DNA of 64,000 bases from an uncultured Gemmatimonadaceae bacterium (GTDB taxonomy: Bacteria > Gemmatimonadota > Gemmatimonadetes > Gemmatimonadales > Gemmatimonadaceae): positions 1 to 64,000 of the forward strand of contig CAWBOC010000007.1 in assembly GCA_963790305.1 (NCBI GenBank), given 5' to 3'. Both the position numbers and the translations under genes were made by a program. Below the pieces are notes generated by a model that did no database searches, was not told the origin of the DNA, and saw nothing but the letters and a program-made list of their open reading frames with translations. Shown here one piece after another: positions 57,200-64,000 of the stretch. Within the stretch, counting starts at the first letter, position 1. Each line of letters opens with the position of its first letter.

Positions 57200-58844
57200 C
57201 TAGAGCGAGGCGCGCAGCGATCGCTCCCGCACCTCGCGGAACTCCGCGTCCGGGTTCCAGATGGGAACGGTCGTCGAGTTCGCGACCGAGGTGCCGAAAC
57301 GAAGCACGATGTCGGCAAGCTGCGCGGCACCCGTCAGGTCGAAGTCCGCTCGATAGGCGTCGGATGGCTGATGGTAGCGCTTGGCGGTGTAATCCTCGTT
57401 CTGCTCGACGCCCCATCCCTTCGGCCGTCCAATGAAATCGGTTCCGGGACCGATGGAGACAGACGGAATGCCGACCTTCGCGAACGAGAAGTGATCGGAG
57501 CGATAGAAGTATCCGCGCTCGGGATGCTCCTCGGGCGTGATGCGCATGCCTCGTGTGCCGAGCATGCGTGCAAGCGCGGGACCGAGCGAAGACTTGTTCG
57601 AGCCAAGCACCGTGAGATCGCGCACGCGGCCGAGGATGTTGCCGCCGTCCACGTTCGATGTTGGCCACGATCCTGTCGACGGGCGCGGCGGGGTTCTGTC
57701 CGAAGAATTCGGAGCCGAGCAGGCCCGACTCCTCCGCGGTGACGAACACGAAGAGCAGCGACCGGCGCGGCCTCGGCGACTGCTGCGCCACGCGCGCCAC
57801 CGCCAGCAGGTCGGCGACGCCCAATGCGTTGTCGAGCGCACCATTGTAAATGGAGTCGCCCTCAACGGCCGGTCCGATCCCGAGATGATCCCAGTGCGAG
57901 CTGAAGGCGACGAACTGGTCGCGCAGCATCGGATCGCGCCCGCGGACGATGCCGACGACGTTCTCGGACTCGAGATGCTCGACGGTGTTCCGGAAAGCGA
58001 TTTCCACAGTGATTCCGGTCGGCACGGGAGCAAAGTCGCGCGACTCAGCCTGCGTGCGAAGCTGCCCGAGGTTGAGCCCGGCCTGGGCGAGCAGGGTCGT
58101 TGCGGCACTGTCGGTGATCCACCCCCGCACCCCGAGTGGAGCGGGAAGCTCGGGATCTCGTGGCAACATGCGTTGCTCCTTTGCCCACGATCCAACCACC
58201 GTATGCCACGGGTAACCAGCACGCTCCGTCGTGTGCACGATGAGCGCGCCCGCTGCGCCACGACGTTCCGCTTCCTCGAACTTGTACGTCCAGCGTCCGT
58301 AGTACGTCATCGCCCGGCCGCCAAACAGATCCGGTTCATTCCGCGGAGCGGGAGGGTCGTTGACGAGGATGAGCAGAACCTTCCCCCGGACGTCGACGTC
58401 CTTGAAGTCGTTCCACTTGTACTCTGGCGCGGTCGATCCATAGCCCACGAACACGAGCTCGCCGCGCGCGACGCTCGAGTCCGCCGCAGACCCAGCCCAC
58501 ACGACGATGTCCTCTGGATATCGGAACGGTCCGCTTGCGCGCCCGCTCGCTGATGCACGGATTGTCGCGCGATTGGCGGCGACGATGTCGATGGGGACCT
58601 TCTGGAAGTACGAGCCGTTCACGCCCGGCTCGACGCCGAAGATCCGGAGCTGCGCCGCGATGTACTCCGCGGCGAGCCGGCCGCCCCGTGTCGCGGGAGC
58701 CCGCCCCTCGAGAAGGTCCGACGACAGGAACCGTAGATGCCCGTCGATCTCGTTGGGCGTAATCGGGGCCGGCGCGGCGGCGGACTGCGCCAACGCCGGC
58801 GTCGCCGCAAGGCAGAGCGAGAGCAGCGTCGTAATCCGTGTCAT
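57200..58844 (-). CDS. M28-family peptidase with PA domain; +1 frameshift near 57656
   Basis: Signal peptide; SHWDHLG, GALDNA.G, AEESGLLGS, (NIN)VD, YRSDHFSF, YHQPSD. Confidence 0.88.
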
Positions 58845-58971
58845 GGTGCGAATGGTGTGAGAGGTCTCATCGCCGTAGCTTGGCGAGTGGACGCGCCTTA
58901 AGGAAGGCGTGGCCATGCGTGGCGAAGAATTTGCCTTTGTAAGGCTCCGAACATTCACGAGTGGAGATAGC

Positions 58972-59172
58972 GTGTCAGAAACTGAAACCGTTCCGGCGAC
59001 GCGCGGACGCACGGGCGTCGCGATCGGAGTTCTCATCGTCACCCTGCTGGCGCTGGCCTTCTACTTCTACTGGCGCACGACGGGCGCCCGCGACGACAGC
59101 GGACGGCGTCCGGCGCCGCCACGAGAGATCAGCGCCGCGCCGTCGAGGCTCGAGATGGCGGTCGTGGGGTAG
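58972..59172 (+). CDS. Small single-pass membrane protein
   Basis: GGAG RBS, GTG start, TM segment GVAIGVLIVTLLALAFYFYW. Confidence 0.55.
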   Translation: MSETETVPATRGRTGVAIGVLIVTLLALAFYFYWRTTGARDDSGRRPAPPREISAAPSRLEMAVVG

Positions 59173-59185
59173 CCGGGGACCGGAC

Positions 59186-59251
59186 GCGGAATACGGAAAG
59201 CGGAATACGAATGCTGCGGTTCAGTTGTTCCGCATTCCGTTTTCCGCATTT
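59186..59251. repeat. Tandem-inverted array of GCGGAAT-type 7-mers overlapping the sortase 3' end
   Basis: GCGGAAT ACGGAAA GCGGAAT ... TTCCGC ATTCCGT TTTCCGC ATT. Confidence 0.8.
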
Positions 59252-59829
59252 GACGCGATCTGTCTCGCCTCGAGGATGAGCCGCTCCGGCGCCGTTCCCA
59301 GATAGCGCAATGGCCAGCACGTCGTGAGCGTGAGGACCGGCTCGTCGCTCGAGAAGAGCGCGGGCTTGCCCGCCCCGACCACGCGCCGCTTCGTCACGAT
59401 CCAGCTCGCGCGTCCAGACGCTGTCTCGGTGAACACCGTATCGCCGATCTGAAGGTCGCCGAGCGTCGAGAAGTGGCGGTCGCGGTGGGCCGAGATTACC
59501 GCGTTGCCCTGGTCTCCCGGTGTCGCGGATCCTGGAAGGTGCCCGGGGCCCGCGTTCAGCTCGGCGTCGCCCACACCTTCGACGACGATCTCATCGAGGC
59601 CGATCGACGGGATGATGAGCCGAGCGATCGGAGCGCCGCGCGCGACCCTCGCGTCGCTCTCGCCGAAGTCGATCAGTCGCGACTCGCGAACGGCGCGCTG
59701 CGCTTCCGCGCGCTCCCACGCACTGCGCGCGTCACTGCGCGCGAGCGCGCCCCGGGCGTAGGTCGAGCCGGTATAGACGAGGAGCGCGCCACCGATCAGA
59801 AGACATAGCGCGCCAACGCGACGGCGCAC
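59221..59829 (-). CDS. Sortase (class D-like)
   Basis: N-terminal TM, ARLIIP.IGL, GPGH, GNAVISAHRD (His), LTLTTCWP (Cys), ERL (Arg). Confidence 0.92.
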   Translation of the reverse strand: MRRRVGALCLLIGGALLVYTGSTYARGALARSDARSAWERAEAQRAVRESRLIDFGESDARVARGAPIARLIIPSIGLDEIVVEGVGDAELNAGPGHLPGSATPGDQGNAVISAHRDRHFSTLGDLQIGDTVFTETASGRASWIVTKRRVVGAGKPALFSSDEPVLTLTTCWPLRYLGTAPERLILEARQIASNAENGMRNN

Positions 59830-59834
59830 GCTGC

Positions 59835-60239
59835 CTAACGCCGGCGGAGGGCCGCGCCGCCCGCGACCAGGCCCAGGCCGAGAAGGACAAGCGCGGGCAG
59901 CGGGGTGGCCGTATTGGGGGCCGGGGCGCCTTCCTGGAACGCCGTCACCTCTCGCGCCGCGGGCTCACCAGCCGGTGGCGTCTCGACGATCACTGGCGGC
60001 GTAACCGTGTCCTGTGGCGCCGTGGCCGCGACGGCGACTGCGGCGGAGTCTACCCACGCCTTCATGTCGGTCATGCGCGCGGCGGCGCTGCTATCGGTCG
60101 CTACCGCTCCGGCCTCGGCGATCATCTCGACCGGGGGTGCGGGCCGCGGCGGCGGCGTCACCAGCCCCGTGAACTGGGCCGAGGCGCTGGGAGCGACAAG
60201 GAGGGCGGCGACAATGAAGCTCAGGGTCGGAATGCGCAC
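59835..60239 (-). CDS. Sortase substrate with an APNTA sorting signal
   Basis: Signal peptide (APSASA/Q); C-terminal APNTA + TM + RRR; immediately upstream of the sortase. Confidence 0.8.
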   Translation of the reverse strand: MRIPTLSFIVAALLVAPSASAQFTGLVTPPPRPAPPVEMIAEAGAVATDSSAAARMTDMKAWVDSAAVAVAATAPQDTVTPPVIVETPPAGEPAAREVTAFQEGAPAPNTATPLPALVLLGLGLVAGGAALRRR

Positions 60240-60278
60240 GACGATAACCTCGCGAGGGAGTTCAGCACCCCCGGAAAG

Positions 60279-60294
60279 GGCATTTCGCGTACCA
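60279..60294 (-). promoter_or_regulatory. Candidate sigma54 -24/-12 promoter for the substrate-sortase operon
   Basis: Minus strand TGGTACGCGAAATGCC, 40 nt upstream of the GTG; GAGGT RBS in between. Confidence 0.45.
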
Positions 60295-60300
60295 ACGGAC

Positions 60301-60370
60301 AGAGGCGCTAGAGGCGCTAGAGGCGCTAAGGGGTAGCGCCTTTAGCGCCTCTAGCGCCTTTAGCGCCTTT
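60301..60370. repeat. Tandem-inverted array of AGAGGCGCT 9-mers
   Basis: Three AGAGGCGCT units, then four TAGCGCCTY units; includes the stop codon of the upstream gene. Confidence 0.92.
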
Positions 60371-61292
60371 GGAGTTCCGGCCATGCCTTTACAATCGCCT
60401 CCCCCATCCGCGCGATTGTGACCTGGGCCTCGTTGTCGATGCGCCAGCTGCGGTCTTCGTTGTCTTTCGTGAGCACGCAGGCGACGACGCGGGTCTGGCG
60501 GAAGAACAGTGCGCAGTCGGTCCGCACCTGATCGGTGCCTCCCCACTTGTGGGCCGAGCGCGTGCCGGCGGCATAGCGCAGCAGGAGCGCCGAGTTGTCG
60601 CCGTTCTCGAGCATCCGCAGCATCGTCGAGTCCGCGGCCGGGCTCACTGCCTTGCCACGCGCGATCAGCTCGAACAAGGTCGCCATCTCGTTCGGCGTCG
60701 TAACCCCGAAGCCGTACTTCACCGAGCTGTCCATCGCCACACTGGCGATGCGCAGGAAGCTTTTCGAGTGGACCTTCGTATGTGGCAGCCCGAGCGCTTC
60801 CATCTTCTCCCACACGCGCCGAATGATGATCCGATCGAGGATGAGATTTGTCGCGGTGTTGTCGCTCAGCGTCATCATGAGCCACGCCGCATCGCTCACC
60901 GTGAGGGTCGACCCGGGCTTGAAGAACTGGAGCACCCCTGAGCCGGGAACCTGATCGATCGCGAGCACCGTGAGCGGATCGTCGAGGGCGAGCTTCTTCT
61001 GCTCGATCAGGTCGAAGAGCGTGACCAGGATCGGGACCTTGATCAGGCTCGCGGTCGAGAACGTCTCATCGCCGCGTCGCTCGAGTCGCTCCCCGGTATC
61101 GACGTTGCGCACGGCATAGCCGACGACGCCGCGGTGCGAACCGGCTATCGAATCGAGGGTGCGGCGCAGCGCGGTGGTATCGGCGCGCTGCGGTGCGGCG
61201 ACGGTCCCGACCTGTCCCTGCGCGCACGCCGGCAGGAGAAGAAGCAGCGCCAGCGGCGCGAAGCGGCGCCGCGTGGGGCCAGGACCGATCAC
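60360..61292 (-). CDS. Class A beta-lactamase-like serine hydrolase (lipoprotein)
   Basis: ASLIK (SxxK), SDN, HKWG; LPAC lipobox. Confidence 0.85.
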   Translation of the reverse strand: MIGPGPTRRRFAPLALLLLLPACAQGQVGTVAAPQRADTTALRRTLDSIAGSHRGVVGYAVRNVDTGERLERRGDETFSTASLIKVPILVTLFDLIEQKKLALDDPLTVLAIDQVPGSGVLQFFKPGSTLTVSDAAWLMMTLSDNTATNLILDRIIIRRVWEKMEALGLPHTKVHSKSFLRIASVAMDSSVKYGFGVTTPNEMATLFELIARGKAVSPAADSTMLRMLENGDNSALLLRYAAGTRSAHKWGGTDQVRTDCALFFRQTRVVACVLTKDNEDRSWRIDNEAQVTIARMGEAIVKAWPELQRR

Positions 61293-61318
61293 GGGCCGAT
61301 CGGCGTCAGCCCGGCTCG

Positions 61319-61546
61319 TCAGGCGTCGGGGAATTCGTCGGCCTTGCGGCTCTCGACGAGCTCCCGCTCACCCGAGGTCTTGTCGTATACCGCCAGCACC
61401 TTGATCGTCTCGCCGGCGTACGCGTCGAACGTCTTGCCGCCGCCTTTCTTGACGATGATCTCATGGCCGTCCTCGAACCGCAGAACGACGACCGGATGTT
61501 CGCTGTTGACGTACTGTTTGCGAAGCTTTTTGGGAGCGGAAGGCAT
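61319..61546 (-). CDS. Small hypothetical protein
   Basis: Compact beta-rich ORF MPSAPKKLRKQY...; typical codon usage. Confidence 0.65.
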   Translation of the reverse strand: MPSAPKKLRKQYVNSEHPVVVLRFEDGHEIIVKKGGGKTFDAYAGETIKVLAVYDKTSGERELVESRKADEFPDA

Positions 61547-61580
61547 GGGAGCTGGGTGAAGGTCGCACGAAGATATAAAG

Positions 61581-61660
61581 GGAATGCGCAATGCGGAATG
61601 TGGGATGCGGACAACGGCCGTCACCCACGCTTCGTGTTCCGCATTCCGGATTCCGTATTC
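61581..61660. repeat. Tandem-inverted array of GGAATGC-type 7-mers
   Basis: GGAATGC GCAATGC GGAATGT GGGATGC GGA ... TTCC GCATTCC GGATTCC GTATTC. Confidence 0.82.
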
Positions 61661-61664
61661 TGTC

Positions 61665-62855
61665 CTATGTCACGACCGCCCTCTCCCCCGTAAACTTCTT
61701 CCACTCCTCGCGTTCCAGAATCTCGTCCATCGCCGCCACCGCGAGCTCCAGCTCCTCGTCGCTCGTGTAGAAGTGTGGAGCAATGCGGATTCCCGCCTCC
61801 GGCCGATAGTCCACGAGGATGTCGCGCTCGAGGAGCGCTTTCGATACCTCGTAGGCGTGTGGGACCCGAATCGCCACCGTCCCGCCTCGGCGCTCAGGGT
61901 CTCGCGAGGCGTGCACGCGAAAGCCGCGATCGTCGGCCAGCTGGATCAGCCGGGCGGTCTGGCGGAGGCTCTTCGCGCGGATGGCCGCGATCCCCGCACG
62001 CTTCACGATCCGCGGACCCTCGATCGCGGCATACAGCGCCGGGATCACCGGCGTCCCGTTCAGCCAGCGGAATGCGCCGCCGGCATAGTCCATCTCCGGC
62101 TCGAACGCAAATGGGCGCGCGTGCGCCTGCCATCCCGTCAGTGCGGGCTCCAGCGTATCGCGCACCGCCGGCGCGACGTAGAGAAAGCAGGCCCCCGGTC
62201 CGCCGCACAGCCACTTCAACACACCGCCGGTCACGAAGTCGGCACCGCTACGCCCGACGTCGACTGGAACGACGCCCACCGCATGAAACGCGTCGAGCGA
62301 CACGAGCGCGCCGGCCTCGTGCGCAGCACGGCAGATCGCCTCGACCTCCATGACGTACGCCGAGCGAAAGAGCACGTGGGAGATCGACACCAGCCGCGTA
62401 CGCTCATCGATCGCGTCGATGACGCGCTGCGTATCGACCGCAATGCCATCGTCGCTCTCGACGACCTTGATGCGCGCGCCGAATCGCGTTGCGAGTCGGT
62501 CGTAGACGTACCGGACGGAAGGGAAATCCAGCGCGGTCATCACGATGGTGTCGCGGGGCGGCGTGTAGTCGAGCGCCGAGAGGACCGCCGCCTGCGCGCT
62601 CGTCACGTTGGCAACCATGGCCACCTCCCCACTCCCGGCACCAAGCAGCGGCGCGACCTCATTCCCCACCGTCACCGGCATCTCCCACCATCCGCGCGCC
62701 CAGGCCCGCACACCCAGCTCCGCCCACTCGTCGACGTACTCGGCGAGTCGCTCGGGGACCGCGCGCGGCATGGCCCCGAGCGAGTTCGACACGAGGTACG
62801 TGGTGGTCGAGAGGATGGGAAACTCGGCGCGATAGGCGAGGAGCTTGTCGATCAT
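61665..62855 (-). CDS. Kynureninase-like class V PLP-dependent enzyme
   Basis: RAEFP, YLVSNSLGAMP, DFPS, DAFHAVG, GGVLKWLCGGPG, GWQAH. Confidence 0.82.
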   Translation of the reverse strand: MIDKLLAYRAEFPILSTTTYLVSNSLGAMPRAVPERLAEYVDEWAELGVRAWARGWWEMPVTVGNEVAPLLGAGSGEVAMVANVTSAQAAVLSALDYTPPRDTIVMTALDFPSVRYVYDRLATRFGARIKVVESDDGIAVDTQRVIDAIDERTRLVSISHVLFRSAYVMEVEAICRAAHEAGALVSLDAFHAVGVVPVDVGRSGADFVTGGVLKWLCGGPGACFLYVAPAVRDTLEPALTGWQAHARPFAFEPEMDYAGGAFRWLNGTPVIPALYAAIEGPRIVKRAGIAAIRAKSLRQTARLIQLADDRGFRVHASRDPERRGGTVAIRVPHAYEVSKALLERDILVDYRPEAGIRIAPHFYTSDEELELAVAAMDEILEREEWKKFTGERAVVT

Positions 62856-64000
62856 GCGGCGCGCTCCCGCCGCGAGCGATGCGCGCCGGAGAGGACGTAC
62901 AGCAATGACGCCGCGACGAGCACCGCACCTACAACGAGAAACTCGCGCCCAGTGGCGGCAGACAGCAGCCAGACGATCACCGCGACGGCCAGCACCGGCA
63001 CGAGCGCGCCGCCCGGCATCCGGAACGGCGTCGCACCCTCGACGCGCACGTCGCGCCGGCGAAGGATCCACGCGGCGATACAGCAGACAAGATAGAGCAC
63101 CAGCGTCGAGACCGTAGCGAGGACGGCGAGGCGTCCGAACGAGCTGGTGATCGCGAGGACCGCACACACCAGCGCCTGTGTGATAATCGCGACGTGCGGC
63201 GTGTGGAAGCGCGGATGCACCCGCGCGAACGCGGCCGGCAGCACGCCATCACGCCCGAACGCGAAGAGCACGCGTGGGGTCGCCAGCATCATTCCGCTCT
63301 GATGGCCGAAGGTCGAGATCGCGGCGCCCACGCCAAGCAACACCCCGAAGGGAATCGCGATGCGGCTCGCCGCCGCCGTGAGCGGCGCGGACTCGGTGGC
63401 GAGCGCGGGCCCCAGGATCCCTTGCGCCACCAGCTGGAGTGCGATGTAGAGCACCGTCACACCCACGAGCGCGATGAAGAGCGCCCTCGGCACCGTGCGC
63501 GCGGGATCCTTCACCTCGCCGCTGGGAACGAGGGCGCTCTCGATTCCCGCGAACGCGAAGAAGAGCACGATCGACGTCCGGCCAATGTCGGCCATCGCCG
63601 GCGTTCGCTGCCATTCGAGCTGTGCCGGGTCGATGTAAAACATGCCTACGAGAACCAGCGCGACGAGAGGAAACAGCTTCGCGATGGTGACGATCTCGAT
63701 GAGCCTCGTACTCTGCCGCACGCCACGGACATTGATCACGCCGAGGACCGCGAACAGGGTCGCGAGGAGGAGACCTCGCCCCAACCCGTCACCCAGCGCC
63801 GGGAAAAACGCCGCGAGCGATGCGACGAACACGCTCGCCACCGCCGCCGTCGCAAACGATATGACCAGCCAGAGCAGCACACCGCTCAGAAACCCGACGA
63901 ATCCGCCGAGCGCGACCTCCACGTACGCGTACGGCCCTCCGGAGAGAGACACGCGGCTTCCCGCCTCCGCGAAGCACAGAACGATGAGCCCCATCGCCAC
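62852..64000 (-). CDS. APC-family amino acid permease (5' truncated by window edge)
   Basis: CFAEAGSR...GGPYAYV, FFAFAGIE...GEVKDP.RTVPRA, VHPRFHTP. Confidence 0.92.
   Translation of the reverse strand: MAMGLIVLCFAEAGSRVSLSGGPYAYVEVALGGFVGFLSGVLLWLVISFATAAVASVFVASLAAFFPALGDGLGRGLLLATLFAVLGVINVRGVRQSTRLIEIVTIAKLFPLVALVLVGMFYIDPAQLEWQRTPAMADIGRTSIVLFFAFAGIESALVPSGEVKDPARTVPRALFIALVGVTVLYIALQLVAQGILGPALATESAPLTAAASRIAIPFGVLLGVGAAISTFGHQSGMMLATPRVLFAFGRDGVLPAAFARVHPRFHTPHVAIITQALVCAVLAITSSFGRLAVLATVSTLVLYLVCCIAAWILRRRDVRVEGATPFRMPGGALVPVLAVAVIVWLLSAATGREFLVVGAVLVAASLLYVLSGAHRSRRERAA

Noticed and set aside
56277..59042. Apparent M28 peptidase-PsuG fusion (921 aa ORF)
   Set aside because: Caused by a frameshift near 57656. 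The real peptidase C-terminus (YRSDHFSF, YHQPSD) is in another frame and stops at 57200.
60360..61292. Bona fide antibiotic-resistance beta-lactamase
   Set aside because: SxxK, SDN and KxG are present, but no clear omega-loop ExxLN motif, so only a family-level serine hydrolase call is supported.
15383..61660. Short repeat arrays as CRISPR or DGR elements
   Set aside because: Units are 7-11 nt, contiguous and inverted, with no unique spacers. No cas or reverse transcriptase gene and no TR/VR pair were seen.
153..63095. Many long Arg/Ala/Pro-rich antisense and alternate-frame ORFs (e.g. 153-1685, 19543-21012, 20282-21835, 61584-63095)
   Set aside because: Expected shadows of real genes in high-GC DNA; they have no motifs and fully overlap well-supported CDSs.

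Overview
High-GC bacterial chromosomal segment. A SusC/SusD pair, many lipoproteins and the small hypothetical genes suggest a diderm, Gemmatimonadota-like organism (inference). In order, the window holds: (1) a lipid/polyketide-type tailoring cluster (B12-binding radical SAM, FAD oxidoreductase, flavin reductase, methyltransferase, SRPBCC cyclase-like protein, ketosynthase) interrupted by an IS3-family element; (2) a purine catabolism operon (3-subunit xanthine dehydrogenase-like enzyme, allB, alc, uraD, uraH, uricase) facing an aldolase/lyase-fold gene; (3) DHH phosphoesterase, aquaporin, dynamin-like GTPase, amidohydrolase and SusCD; (4) tetrapyrrole genes (hemB, hemC, fused siroheme decarboxylase, cobA-hemD), with cobA-hemD coupled to a degenerate XerD-like gene; (5) acs, DsbA/VKOR, peptidases, TPR/ABC genes and psuG; (6) a sortase with its own APNTA-tagged substrate, and a kynureninase-like gene. 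The most unusual non-coding signal is about 13 intergenic elements sharing one architecture (tandem 7-, 9- or 11-nt units, short spacer, inverted tandem array) but built from several unrelated unit sequences. Three enzyme-fold genes lack key catalytic residues. Several genes carry single-base frameshifts that look like long-read assembly errors. No rRNA, tRNA or CRISPR array was seen.
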